A DNA stretch of 64,000 nt from Oscillatoria princeps RMCB-10. Its GTDB lineage: Bacteria > Cyanobacteriota > Cyanobacteriia > Cyanobacteriales > Oscillatoriaceae. The stretch's first letter is position 1. Every line of letters begins with the position of its first letter. The DNA lies in NCBI GenBank assembly GCA_019359235.1, contig JAHHHT010000012.1, positions 67,648 through 131,647 on the forward strand, in the 5' to 3' direction. Positions 30,659 to 40,600 of the stretch are shown here, in pieces. A model generated the notes under the pieces. The model was not told where the DNA came from. It worked only from the letters and a program-made list of their open reading frames with translations, and did no database searches. A program made the translations under genes and the position numbers.

Positions 30659-33325
30659 ATGAAGAGAAGTAAGCAAATGGCTGAGAATCCAACAGAAATT
30701 CCTCTGACTGCGAGTGGGGTAATTCGCCTGAAGCCCCAGCAGTACATTCACGTTCTGGACAACAACACCGGCGTCACGAGGCTGGAGGTTGGCCCGCAAA
30801 CGATTACGCTTCGCGATCACGAGCGCCTGGTATTAAAACCCTCACCGATGATAATTGTGCCGCCCCGGCATTATTGTGCGGTTGCCAATCCGGTTCTCCG
30901 CAATGATGAGGGCACGCCAGTTGCCGATCAGCACGGCCAAATTAAACTGCGGTACGGCGATCGGGAAATTCGCTTAGCGCAAGATCCTTTTCCCCTGTAT
31001 CCGGGCGAAGCGATCGAGCAAGATGTGACGCGCTTGCACGTCGTGGAGACAAATCAAGCGCTGCGTCTGAGAGCGATTCGGGATTTTTCGGATGCAGTGA
31101 CGGTGACGGTTGAGGGAGAAATTGAGACTCAAACTATCAGCCGTACAGCCGGCGATGAGTGGCTGTTTGAAGGACCGGGAACTTATCTGCCCCGGGTGGA
31201 AGTGGAGGTACTGGAAACTGTGGCGGCTACGGTGATTAAGCCGAACCAAGCTTTGCGCTTGCAGGCGCGACAGAATTGCACGGACCGGCTGGGAAATCGC
31301 CGCCGTGCCGGTGAAGAGTGGCTGGTGAGAGAAGAGGGTGCCTATTTGCCCGGGGTTGATGAAGAAGTGATTGCCATTGTTAAGGCTTACGTTCTGACAG
31401 AGCGGAAAGCGCTGCACTTGAGGGCGAAACGCACTTTTACTGATATTTTTGGCCGGCAGCGGAAAGCTGGCGATGAGTGGTTGGTGACAATCTCGGATGC
31501 AGAGATACACATTCCGGATGTGTATGAAGAAGTGGTGGGAGAAGTTGGGATTACGACTCTGGGCGATCGGGAGTGGTGTATTGTGGTCGATCCGATTGGT
31601 GAGGATGGCAAGCCGCAATTAGGAAAGCGAGAGGTTCGCCAGGGAAGAGCGTCTTTTTTCTCGCATCCGGGAGAGTCGCTGGAAGGGGGCATTCAAAAAG
31701 TCTATGTTCTCGGCGAGCGGGAAGCGCTTTTGCTGCGAGCTAAAGAAGCTTTCAGTGAGGGGGAGGGCGAGAGTGCGGTGGAGCGCCAGCCGGGGGATTT
31801 GTGGATGATTTCCGGTCCGCGAGATTATATTCCCCGCGTGGAAGTGGAAGTGGTTGAGCGGCGCAAAGCGATTCCTCTGGATAAGAATGAAGGCATTTAT
31901 GTGCGGGATATTCAGACGGGTGAACTCAGGCTGGTGAGCGGCCCCCAGGCGTATATGCTCAGCCCGTATGAGGAACTTTGGGAGAAAGAGCTTCCGCCGG
32001 TTGTTGAGGAGTTTCTGGCGCAAAAAACCGATCCTGTTTCTGAGCGCAGCCAGAGTCACAGTACAGGGAGTTCCGAGGCAGGTCAAAAATCTGTAGCCTC
32101 GAAACCTGTCGCTAAACGGGATAAAACTAGGGCGGTTGTTTTTCACGTCCCGCAAAATGCAGCGGTGCAAATCCACGACTATAAAAACCGAAGCGCCCGC
32201 ACTGTATTTGGCCCGGATTTGGTGATGCTGGGACCTGATGAAGCATTTACGGTGCTGAGTTTGTCAGGTGGCAAGCCTAAGCGACCGAATGTGATTAAGT
32301 CGCTGGCTATATTGCTGGGCCCTGATTTTATGACGGATATCTTCATCGTGGAAACATCAGATCACGCCCGACTTCAGATGCAGCTGTCGTATAACTGGTA
32401 TTTTGATGTGGATAGAGCGGATGAGCAAGCTGCTGCAAAACTGTTTCAAGTTCCGGATTTTGTGGGGGATGCTTGCAAGGCGATTGCGTCTCGGGTGCGG
32501 GGCGCTGTGGCGGGGGTGCCATTTGACGAATTTCACCGGAATTCTGCCCGGATTATTCGGGAGGCTGTGTTTGGAACGGATGCGGAAGGTCACGTTCGCG
32601 ATGAATTCCGCTTTCGGGCGAATAATTTGGTGATTACGAACATTGACATCCAGTCTGTGGAGCCGGTGGATGAGCGGACTTTGTCCAGTCTGCAAAAGTC
32701 GGTTCAGATTGCGATTCAAATTACGACGGATGCTCAAGAAGCGGCGGCGAAGCGCGATGCGGAGCGGATTGAGCAAGAGGCTAAAGCTCGACTGGAAAGG
32801 CAGATTATTGTCGATCGGGGTGCGGCTGAGGTAGAGCGGAAAAAGCTGCTGGAATTCCAGGCTGAAAATGCGGCGATTCAGTCTACGGGGCAAGCTATTG
32901 CGGAGGCGAGGGCGAAGGCGGAAGCGGCTCGGATTCAAGGGGAATTGGCTGTGAATATGGCGCAGCAAGAAGCGGAGGCGGCTCGGATTCGGGCTGAAGC
33001 TGATTTGGCGCAGCTGAGAGCGCGTCAGGAGGCGGAGTTGGCTCACCAGCAGGCGCTGGTTAATCTGGAGATTGACAAAGCGGATCGCATGGCTGAAATT
33101 ACCAGTGCGGAATTCGCGCAGAAAGTTGCGGCAATTGGGCCGGAAACGCTGAAAGCTATGGCTCAAGCGGGACCGGAAATGCAGGCGCGGCTTCTGCAAA
33201 GTCTTGGCATTCAGAGTGTGCTGATTACTGATGGGAAAAATCCGATTAATCTGTTTGGCGCTGCTAGCGGTTTGATCGGTTCGGTGACGCCGCCGCTGAG
33301 TTCGGAGCCGCAGCGCGGGGGTTGA
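30659..33325 (+). CDS. Major vault protein (MVP) homologue, full length.
   Basis: The 888-aa product is collinear with, and highly similar to, the eukaryotic MVP consensus. The N-terminus reads …YIHVLDNNTGVTRLEVGPQT…VPPRHYCAVANPV…IRLAQDPFPLYPGE. The repeat domains read AGDEWLFEGPGTYLPRVEVEV…AGEEWLV…AGDEWLVT. The shoulder reads IPLDKNEGIYVRDIQTGE…FGPDLVMLGPDEAFTVLSLSGGKPKRP…FVGDACKAIASRVRGAVA. The cap-helix reads …EAAAKRDAERIEQEAKARLERQ…GPEMQARLLQSLGIQSVLITDG. The alternative start is the Met at 30677. Confidence 0.9.
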   Translation: MKRSKQMAENPTEIPLTASGVIRLKPQQYIHVLDNNTGVTRLEVGPQTITLRDHERLVLKPSPMIIVPPRHYCAVANPVLRNDEGTPVADQHGQIKLRYGDREIRLAQDPFPLYPGEAIEQDVTRLHVVETNQALRLRAIRDFSDAVTVTVEGEIETQTISRTAGDEWLFEGPGTYLPRVEVEVLETVAATVIKPNQALRLQARQNCTDRLGNRRRAGEEWLVREEGAYLPGVDEEVIAIVKAYVLTERKALHLRAKRTFTDIFGRQRKAGDEWLVTISDAEIHIPDVYEEVVGEVGITTLGDREWCIVVDPIGEDGKPQLGKREVRQGRASFFSHPGESLEGGIQKVYVLGEREALLLRAKEAFSEGEGESAVERQPGDLWMISGPRDYIPRVEVEVVERRKAIPLDKNEGIYVRDIQTGELRLVSGPQAYMLSPYEELWEKELPPVVEEFLAQKTDPVSERSQSHSTGSSEAGQKSVASKPVAKRDKTRAVVFHVPQNAAVQIHDYKNRSARTVFGPDLVMLGPDEAFTVLSLSGGKPKRPNVIKSLAILLGPDFMTDIFIVETSDHARLQMQLSYNWYFDVDRADEQAAAKLFQVPDFVGDACKAIASRVRGAVAGVPFDEFHRNSARIIREAVFGTDAEGHVRDEFRFRANNLVITNIDIQSVEPVDERTLSSLQKSVQIAIQITTDAQEAAAKRDAERIEQEAKARLERQIIVDRGAAEVERKKLLEFQAENAAIQSTGQAIAEARAKAEAARIQGELAVNMAQQEAEAARIRAEADLAQLRARQEAELAHQQALVNLEIDKADRMAEITSAEFAQKVAAIGPETLKAMAQAGPEMQARLLQSLGIQSVLITDGKNPINLFGAASGLIGSVTPPLSSEPQRGG

Positions 33326-33329
33326 GTTT

Positions 33330-34100
33330 TTGGGTGGGGTGCTCTGTGGCGTTCCCCACCCTACTGGGTGGGGGGGTGGGTTTCCTCGTTCCGGGGCGGG
33401 CACGGTGCCACCGGCACTACTGCCTGGGAACGAGGAAACTTGGGGGTGGGGTTTGAGCCCCCTATTAATTGGCCAACAGCATCTTTCAATCGCCGGGGAG
33501 CTGTAGGGGCGGCCCCCCGTGGCCGCCCTCCTGACACCGATGCACGGGAGCATGCGCCTTATGACATTACCATCCCGCAATTGTGCAATGCCCTTTTGCT
33601 AAGTGTTCCGGAAGGTGCGTTGCCCCAAGAGGGCAACACACCCTACTGTGCTTGGCGTCCCTTCACGGGGGCGGTTTATTATAGCAATCGACAGTCAGTT
33701 GAGGACAGGGCATCTCACTTTCTAGTAGGGACAGGGACAGGCGGGACGCCTGTCCTACGCCTTATATATGAGCGTTTCTCAGATTAGTGTGCTACGGAGA
33801 AACTCGGTAGGGGCGGTCGTGCCGCACCGCTCCTACGAAATCGGGTTTATGGGCCATAGTACATTAAACTGAGAACCGCTATATGTAGGTACGGCGTAAG
33901 CGTTGCGGCGCGTCAGCGCTACTCCCTAGCCTCATGCCCTCAAGGTAAACATGTCCGTGCCCTGGGTGGGTACTGCTATAACCCACCCTACTAGGTTGGG
34001 GAGGTGGGTTACGCTGTGGCGTTCCCCACCCCACTCTATATAGTGCGCTCCGCACGCGCACCTGTTCAGTCCAGAATCAGGCAAAAGTCCCAGCTGCAGC
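33330..34100. repeat. Repeat-rich intergenic block containing several SDR hairpins.
   Basis: The block contains ggtggggtgctctgtggcgttccccaccctac, and ggtgggttacgctgtggcgttccccacccc at ~33985-34030. The motif gggccatagtacattaaactgagaaccgctat at ~33850 also occurs at 1040-1075. Confidence 0.7.
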
Positions 34101-34578
34101 ACAGGACTCGATAAATCGCGCCGGTACAAACCAACCGCGCTAAAACGCGCACGGCTTTGACGCAATAATAAAAAGCGCGTATACATACAGCATTACGCGA
34201 TAAATCGCCTCTTTCCACGAACGAGGGGGATTTATCGCGTCTGTACAAAAGGCTCCCCCGCTGATAATGCAAAAGTGGGATGCTCCCTAATTTACCTCGC
34301 GATCAACAGAGCGCTGCCCTGAATTCGCCACAAGTATGCGGCTATCGGCCCGCTACCGACTCAATAAACAACAAAAACGACATGCGCTTATGGGAATTTG
34401 CTTTGTAATAAAAATCACTTTTTTTCTTAAGTTTTTTTTTATAGGAATTTTCCCGATCTAGGTATAATCTTGGAACTGTGAGCAAATTGACTGACTTAGC
34501 TAACGAATCCCGCATTCACAGCTAAGCCCGAACGCTCGATTTTGCCTGTACTATCGCAGCAAAACTTGCTGAATTACT

Positions 34579-36021
34579 ATGGTTACAATCGCAACAACGA
34601 ACCGGCAGCAACAAAGTATTGACATCCAAGTTGCTCGCAACCTAGCGATCACGACGAATACCGTCCCCCAAATGACGGGGATTACACCCCGGTGGCTGCT
34701 GCACTTCCTGCCGTGGGTGCAAGTGCAATCGGGAACGTACCGCGTCAACCGCACCAAAGTCGTTCTCAAACCAACTCCAAAAGTTAAGGTCAATAACAGC
34801 AACGGCTCCTCGAATGTGGCCCCTGAAGACCTGCGGACAATCCCCATCCTGTCAGACCTCGCTACTTCTGACGCTGCCGCGCTCGCCAATCGCTTTCAAA
34901 GCCAGTCTTTTGGGATGGGAGAAACTATAGTTGCGGAAGGTCAAAAAGACGACAAATTCTATATCGTCGCTCAAGGGAAATTAGAAGTGTTAATGCGGGG
35001 CGAACAAGGCTACCCCTTGCGCCTTGCCGTTCTGGGTGCGGGAGACTACTTCGGCGAAGTCGATCTCTATCAAGATCTGCCCAGCGACGCCACTGTTCGC
35101 ACACTGACTCCCTGCCGGTTGCTGACGCTTTCCAAAACCTGCTTCGACCAAGTGGCGAGTCAATCCCCACAAGTGCTGGAAAACTTGCGGCAGGCGGTTG
35201 AAAATCGCATGCGGTTAAAGACGCTCCTCAACCTGTACGGGGAAGAAAAAGTTGCGCTCGCCGCTGACTACGAAGGCGAAACTGAGTTACCCGCCTCGTT
35301 TGTGGACTACGAAAACGAACCGCAAGAGTACGAACTGAGTATCGTCCAAACTATTTTGCGCGTTCACACCCGCGTCGCCGACATTTACAACGAGCCGATC
35401 GATCAGTTGCGCGAACAGCTTCGCCTGACTGTCGAAGGCATGAAAGAGCAGCAAGAATGGGAAATTATCAACAACCCTGCCTTTGGCTTGCTGAACGCCG
35501 CCGCGCCCTCAATGCGCGTTCAGCCCCGCTACGGTGCGCCGACTCCCGACGATCTCGATGAAATGCTGGCTCGCGTGTGGAAACAACCGGCTTTCTTCCT
35601 GGCTCACCCACGGGCGATTGCAGCTTTCGGACGCGAATGCACGCGCCGGGGCGTTCCGCCGGTAACTGTGAATCTGTTCGGCTCTCCTTTCATAACCTGG
35701 CGCGGTGTGCCAATTGTGCCCTGCGACAAATTGGAAGTGCAAAATCGCACCGGCAACCCCGAAGGTCCAGGCAAAACGAATATCCTGCTCGTGCGTGCCG
35801 GTGAAAAAGAACAAGGCGTTGTCGGCTTGCATCAAATGGGCATTCCCGGCGAACAAATGCCCAGCCTGTCTGTGCGGTTCATGGGCATCAACATCCAGGC
35901 GGTGGCTTCTTATTTGATGACGCTGTACTTCTCCTGCGCTGTCTTAACCGATGACGCTCTAGCCGTGCTGGAAAACGTGGAGGTGGGATACTACCATGAC
36001 TATCAATATGCCAGCGCATAA
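34579..36021 (+). CDS. Family 2B encapsulin shell protein (HK97-fold nanocompartment) with an inserted cNMP-binding domain.
   Basis: The 480-aa product has an internal CRP-like cNMP-binding domain reading …[28 protein letters not shown]…[11 protein letters not shown]…[11 protein letters not shown]. The C-terminal HK97-like region reads [21 protein letters not shown]…NILLVRAG…[14 protein letters not shown]. The stop overlaps the next gene by 26 nt. Confidence 0.8.
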   Translation: MVTIATTNRQQQSIDIQVARNLAITTNTVPQMTGITPRWLLHFLPWVQVQSGTYRVNRTKVVLKPTPKVKVNNSNGSSNVAPEDLRTIPILSDLATSDAAALANRFQSQSFGMGETIVAEGQKDDKFYIVAQGKLEVLMRGEQGYPLRLAVLGAGDYFGEVDLYQDLPSDATVRTLTPCRLLTLSKTCFDQVASQSPQVLENLRQAVENRMRLKTLLNLYGEEKVALAADYEGETELPASFVDYENEPQEYELSIVQTILRVHTRVADIYNEPIDQLREQLRLTVEGMKEQQEWEIINNPAFGLLNAAAPSMRVQPRYGAPTPDDLDEMLARVWKQPAFFLAHPRAIAAFGRECTRRGVPPVTVNLFGSPFITWRGVPIVPCDKLEVQNRTGNPEGPGKTNILLVRAGEKEQGVVGLHQMGIPGEQMPSLSVRFMGINIQAVASYLMTLYFSCAVLTDDALAVLENVEVGYYHDYQYASA

Positions 36022-37915
36022 CGGTAAAAACGGACATGGGACGGCTCAAGACGTGCCATTACCTCCCACCGGCGACAGTGGGATGTTTGACCCGATCTCT
36101 GTAGAATCGATGGCGAATCAGTTTTATACCGCTGTGCCGAATGCTCTCAGCGTGGCAGCCCCAACCGGCACCCAGCCTGCAATTGACAATATCGGGACTG
36201 TTCCGCAGCCTGAGAGGAATAGTTCTGGCATGAGTGGGGTGGCATTAGTCGGGAACTCCGCACCGGCATCAGCCCTCAGCGAGGAAGCATTAACCGCAAT
36301 GGCTAAACAGTTGCGCTCGCAGATGGTTCCCGCTAATTTGGAAGCTAACCTGTTTCAGGCATTCGCACAGATCAAACCCGCTGCCCCCTCGCAGGAAACG
36401 GCTGCGGCGCTGCCAACAACTTCGGCTTCCAGCAATGCCTTGAATGTGGAAGCTTTGAAAGAGGCGGCACAACAGCTGTACGCCCAGATTCCTCAGATTT
36501 CCCCCAGCGGAATTCCGGGCAATTCGATTGCCACGCCTCCAAAGCCAACTTCTATTTTACCGCTCAGCGAGCCAGATTTGCAAAGGGCTTTCGCGGATGC
36601 GGGAGCGCAAGCCAGCCATTCTCCGGTTCGGGAAACACCTCAGCCGTCGTTCTATTTCCTGTCTCCCCCAGCAGTGGAAAATCTGGGGTTAGAGTCTGGG
36701 GCTGTATTTGATGTCAGCGCCATCCGCAAAGACTTTCCGATTTTGCACCAGAAAATCAACGGCAAACCGCTGATTTGGCTGGATAACGCCGCCACAACTC
36801 AAAAGCCGCAAAGCGTTATCGATGCCCTGTCGCTGTTCTACCAGCGAGACAACTCCAACATTCACCGGGGCGCTCACACTCTGGCGGCGCGGGCGACGGA
36901 TGCTTATGAGGGAGCGCGGGAAAAGGTACAGCGGTTTATCGGTGCGGGTTCGGCGTCGGAAATTATCTTCGCACGGGGAACCACAGAAGCGATTAATCTG
37001 GTGGCGCAAACCTGGGGTCGCAAGTATATCCAGCCCGGAGATGAAATTGTTCTCTCGACGCTGGAACACCACGCCAATATCGTTCCGTGGCAGATGTTGG
37101 CGCAAGAGACGGGGGCAATTTTAAAGGTTATCCCTGTTAGCGATAGCGGCGAAATTATGCTGGAGGAATACGCCGGACTTCTCGGACCGCGCACTCGCAT
37201 TGTTGGGATTACGCAGGTTTCTAACGCTCTCGGAACAATTGTTCCAGTGCGGGAAATGACGCAAATAGCCCACCGGCACGGGGCAGTCGTCCTTGTTGAC
37301 GGGGCGCAGGCTGTTTCTCACATGCCGGTTAATGTTCAAGAGATCGGTTGCGATTTTTACACCTTTTCTGGTCACAAACTCTTTGCGCCAACGGGAATTG
37401 GTGTCCTGTACGGGAAACGGCAAATCCTGGAGGATATGCCTCCTTGGCAGGGTGGCGGCAGCATGATTCGCCATGTCACGTTCGAGAGAACGATTTACAG
37501 CGATCCCCCGGCAAAATTTGAAGCGGGAACGCCTAATATTGCTGATGCGGTTGGACTGGGTGCGGCGATCGACTATATCACCCGCCTGGGGATGAGCAAT
37601 ATCGAACGGTACGAGCACAAACTCACCGAGTATGCAATAGAACGCCTCGCGCAGATTCCGGGGTTGCGTCTAATTGGTACTGCACCTCACAAAGTAAGCG
37701 TGGTGTCGTTTATTTTGGATGACATCCCTGTGGAACAAGTTGGGCAGCGCCTCGCCCGAGAAGGGATTGCGGTGCGTGCAGGTCATCACTGCGCTCAACC
37801 GACGATGCAGCGGTATAATCTGACGGGTACGGTTCGGCCTTCGCTGGCTTTTTACAACACTTGTCACGAAATCGATACGCTAGTAGAAGTCCTGCGGACA
37901 ATTCGCTTCCGCTAG
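35996..37915 (+). CDS. SufS/CsdA-type cysteine desulfurase with a ~215-aa disordered N-terminal extension (the putative encapsulin cargo-loading domain).
   Basis: Residues 1 to ~215 are low-complexity and rich in Ala, Pro, Ser and Gln. They are followed by a class V aminotransferase/SufS core reading …[11 protein letters not shown]…HRGAHTLA…[13 protein letters not shown]…[17 protein letters not shown]…RAGHHCAQP, which supplies the PLP-binding lysine and the active-site Cys loop. Confidence 0.85.
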   Translation: MTINMPAHNGKNGHGTAQDVPLPPTGDSGMFDPISVESMANQFYTAVPNALSVAAPTGTQPAIDNIGTVPQPERNSSGMSGVALVGNSAPASALSEEALTAMAKQLRSQMVPANLEANLFQAFAQIKPAAPSQETAAALPTTSASSNALNVEALKEAAQQLYAQIPQISPSGIPGNSIATPPKPTSILPLSEPDLQRAFADAGAQASHSPVRETPQPSFYFLSPPAVENLGLESGAVFDVSAIRKDFPILHQKINGKPLIWLDNAATTQKPQSVIDALSLFYQRDNSNIHRGAHTLAARATDAYEGAREKVQRFIGAGSASEIIFARGTTEAINLVAQTWGRKYIQPGDEIVLSTLEHHANIVPWQMLAQETGAILKVIPVSDSGEIMLEEYAGLLGPRTRIVGITQVSNALGTIVPVREMTQIAHRHGAVVLVDGAQAVSHMPVNVQEIGCDFYTFSGHKLFAPTGIGVLYGKRQILEDMPPWQGGGSMIRHVTFERTIYSDPPAKFEAGTPNIADAVGLGAAIDYITRLGMSNIERYEHKLTEYAIERLAQIPGLRLIGTAPHKVSVVSFILDDIPVEQVGQRLAREGIAVRAGHHCAQPTMQRYNLTGTVRPSLAFYNTCHEIDTLVEVLRTIRFR

Positions 37916-38157
37916 CTGGAATTGTCCGCACAAGGGGACAGCATAAATGTCCCCTCACCCACCCCAACTTTCTCGACCACAAGGGGAGAGGGGGAGCTGC
38001 TGCCTCGGATCTTTTTTAGCACAAATAAAGAGAGCATCAAGAAACCTGGTTTCTAGGAATACCCATGTTAGGCTTAATTGTGCCGGACTACTGTTCGAGT
38101 CCGAGCGGATCTCTGTTTTAGGGGAGGGGCGGGTTTATTAGAACCCTTCTCTATGGT

Positions 38158-38276
38158 GAGCATCCCGATTATGTAGGGGCGAAGCATGAGGGCGAATAAT
38201 CTCTCGGTCAAAACCAGCAATTGATAATCCTCAGGCTTCGCCCTCACCAGGGTAGTTTCAAAAACGGGATGCTCCC
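38158..38276. mobile_element. MITE-like element (copy 2), bounded by GGGAGCATCCC/GGGATGCTCCC.
   Basis: It is ~95% identical to the copy at 7522-7642. Confidence 0.75.
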
Positions 38277-38607
38277 TCTCTGTACCACACATATTTCGGG
38301 GGAACCCGCCCCTACAGATATAGAAAATCGGGAACGAACGGACACGATATTGTCCCGCTTTTCCTCAAGGCAGGGCAAGCTCCAAGGGAGCATTAGTAAG
38401 CAAGGTAACTCAAGTTGCTACCTACAAGTCTAAGCATCTAGATCCCCCCAAACGGGGCGGGCAAGGTGCCACCGGCACTACAAAGGGGGGCTTTGAGAAT
38501 GTCCCCCCCCTTTTGAAGGGGGGCTAGGGGGGGATCTCCACGCTCGTACTGCTAAGTAGCAACTTGGGTTAAGATAAGTGGACTGATTTACTGGAGGTAA
38601 TCGGAAA

Positions 38608-39453
38608 GTGCTGATCGAGAACGCTCAACCCACGACTGAAGTAGCCCAAAACAGCCAGACAGCCAAGTATCCTGACGCCTCCTCACGAGGAGAGAGTTTT
38701 CGCCCAGTCAAAGCTAACCCTATCGGTGTTTTAATCGCTGATTGGCAAACGATTTATCAGCGCGATCCTGCCGCCCGCAACTGGCTGGAGGTGCTGTTGT
38801 GCTACCCTGGATTGCACGCTCTGTGGTGCCATCGCGTAGCGCACTGGCTGCACGGTTTAGGCATTCCTTTTCTGCCTCGTTTCCTGTCTTTCTTAAGTCG
38901 GTTATTCACGGGAATTGAGATTCACCCGGGTGCTAAAATTGGCAAAGGGGTGTTTATCGACCACGGGATGGGAGTGGTGATCGGCGAGACTGCAGTTGTC
39001 GGCGACTATGTGCTGATTTATCAGGGAGCGACCCTGGGGGGGACGGGAAAGGAAAAGGGCAAGCGCCATCCGACACTAGGGAATAATGTCGTTGTGGGAG
39101 CGGGGGCGAAGGTACTGGGCAATATTAAGATTAGCGATAACGTTCGCATCGGTGCGGGTTCGGTTGTGCTGCGGGATGTGCCGAGCAACAGTACGGTGGT
39201 GGGGGTTCCGGGGCGCATCACTCGTCTGAATGGGTTGAGGGCTGATGCTCTGGAGCATAACAACCTGCGGGATGTGGAAGCTGAGGTGATTCGCGCTTTA
39301 TTTGAACGGGTGAAGGAGCTTGAGAAACAGGTTGTGGAGTTGCAAGGTCAATTCAATTTGCCCCCCATGCCGGTGGATAGCGAAAAAACGGAGAGCGAAA
39401 AGTGTTATTCTAATGGGGTGATTGAAGACTTTCTCGATGGGGCTGGAATTTAA
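38608..39453 (+). CDS. cysE: Serine O-acetyltransferase.
   Basis: The product has hexapeptide left-handed beta-helix repeats reading [44 protein letters not shown]…[30 protein letters not shown]. The CysE N-terminal helical domain is present. Confidence 0.8.
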   Translation: MLIENAQPTTEVAQNSQTAKYPDASSRGESFRPVKANPIGVLIADWQTIYQRDPAARNWLEVLLCYPGLHALWCHRVAHWLHGLGIPFLPRFLSFLSRLFTGIEIHPGAKIGKGVFIDHGMGVVIGETAVVGDYVLIYQGATLGGTGKEKGKRHPTLGNNVVVGAGAKVLGNIKISDNVRIGAGSVVLRDVPSNSTVVGVPGRITRLNGLRADALEHNNLRDVEAEVIRALFERVKELEKQVVELQGQFNLPPMPVDSEKTESEKCYSNGVIEDFLDGAGI

Positions 39454-39471
39454 GAATTCCAGAGGGTTCAA

Positions 39472-39900
39472 ATGACAGAGTTTAACTGGGTTCGCGGCTT
39501 GCTGGGCGGTTTGCTCATCGGCACGAGTGCGACTGTCCTGCTGGCATTCAACGGTCGGATCGCTGGGATTAGTGGAACGCTCAACAGCGCCCTCAGTTCA
39601 GCGTCTGATGGAGTCTGGCGCTGGCTTTTTCTGGGCGGACTGCTGGCGGGGGGGGCACTCTATGAATATGTCCTCGCACCGGCACCGACACCGGCATCTG
39701 AGTTCGCTCCCTGGGCGATGCTCGCCGGCGGCTTTCTGGTGGGCTTCGGGACGCGCATGGGTAATGGCTGCACCAGCGGACATGGGGTGTGTGGGTTGGG
39801 CAGGCTTTCGCTTCGCTCGCTGGTGGCAGTTCTGACTTTTTTGGGCACTGCAATCGTCACGGTTTTCGTGACGCGCCATGTGCTTTTATGGTCTACCTGA
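39472..39900 (+). CDS. YeeE/YedE-family (Sulf_transp) membrane protein, half A.
   Basis: The product has four TM segments and the conserved motif GTRMGNGCTSGHGVCG. Confidence 0.75.
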   Translation: MTEFNWVRGLLGGLLIGTSATVLLAFNGRIAGISGTLNSALSSASDGVWRWLFLGGLLAGGALYEYVLAPAPTPASEFAPWAMLAGGFLVGFGTRMGNGCTSGHGVCGLGRLSLRSLVAVLTFLGTAIVTVFVTRHVLLWST

Positions 39901-39912
39901 GTGAGGGAAAGA

Positions 39913-40003
39913 AGCGATTTATCGCGGATATACAAGAGGGGGAGACGCGATTCATCGCGTCTCTACAAGAGGGGGTAGACGCGATTTATCGCGTCTCTAC
40001 AAG
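39913..40003. repeat. Three tandem ~30-33-bp units, each containing the palindrome GACGCGAT-TT-ATCGCGTC.
   Basis: The tandem array reads agcgatttatcgcggatatacaagaggggg, then agacgcgattcatcgcgtctctacaagaggggg, then tagacgcgatttatcgcgtctctacaag. Related copies lie at 34108-34130, 34196-34208 and 34225-34252. Confidence 0.8.
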
Positions 40004-40005
40004 AT

Positions 40006-40455
40006 TTGGATTTGGGAAAGAATATGAAACAAAATCTGGTTGCTTTGATTTCAGGTGTGCTGTTTGGTCTGGGTTTGGGTCTTTCCCAGATGATTGACCG
40101 AGAGCGGGTTATCGGTTTTTTGGATGTCACCGGCGTTTGGGACCGGACGCTGCTGTTCGTACTGGGCGGGGCTGTTGGGGTGACGGTGATTGCGTTCCGT
40201 TTTGTGTTGCGCCTCCCGCACCCATTATATGCGGAAAAGTTCTACGTTCCCACTCAGAAAAATATCGACAGAAAGCTGATATTGGGGGCGGTTATTTTCG
40301 GTGTCGGTTGGGGAATTGCTGGATACTGCCCCGGACCGGGCCTCACGGGGCTGGTGCTGGGCATCTGGAATCCCGTGTTGTTTGTAATCGCGATGATTGC
40401 CGGTTCGCTGACTTACAAATGGTTTTCGACTCGGTTTGAGGGGGAAATGGAATAA
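40006..40455 (+). CDS. YeeE/YedE-family membrane protein, half B.
   Basis: The product has four TM segments and the motif GVGWGIAGYCPGPG. Confidence 0.75.
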   Translation: MDLGKNMKQNLVALISGVLFGLGLGLSQMIDRERVIGFLDVTGVWDRTLLFVLGGAVGVTVIAFRFVLRLPHPLYAEKFYVPTQKNIDRKLILGAVIFGVGWGIAGYCPGPGLTGLVLGIWNPVLFVIAMIAGSLTYKWFSTRFEGEME

Positions 40456-40600
40456 AAGAATTAGAGTTGTGGGGTGCGTTACCGCTCGGAACGGCACCCT
40501 ACTGATTCTCGTTACCAGCCGGAGCCTGGGAACGAGGAAAGGGAGAGGAAAGAGGGAAAGGGAAAAAATCGATATGTAGCGTTTTTTAAGGAAAAGGTAT

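Noticed and set aside
30974-33580. Minus-strand ORFs 30974..31618, 31619..32176 and 32357..33580.
   Set aside because: All are antisense to the clearly genuine MVP gene. They have a low-complexity Arg/Pro/Leu/Ser composition.
39913-40003. A possible CRISPR array, seen as three ~30-bp direct repeats with internal palindromes.
   Set aside because: The units abut directly with no unique spacers between them. There are only three copies and no cas genes nearby. The same motif recurs at 34105-34252. It is better read as a tandem palindromic repeat or operator-like element.
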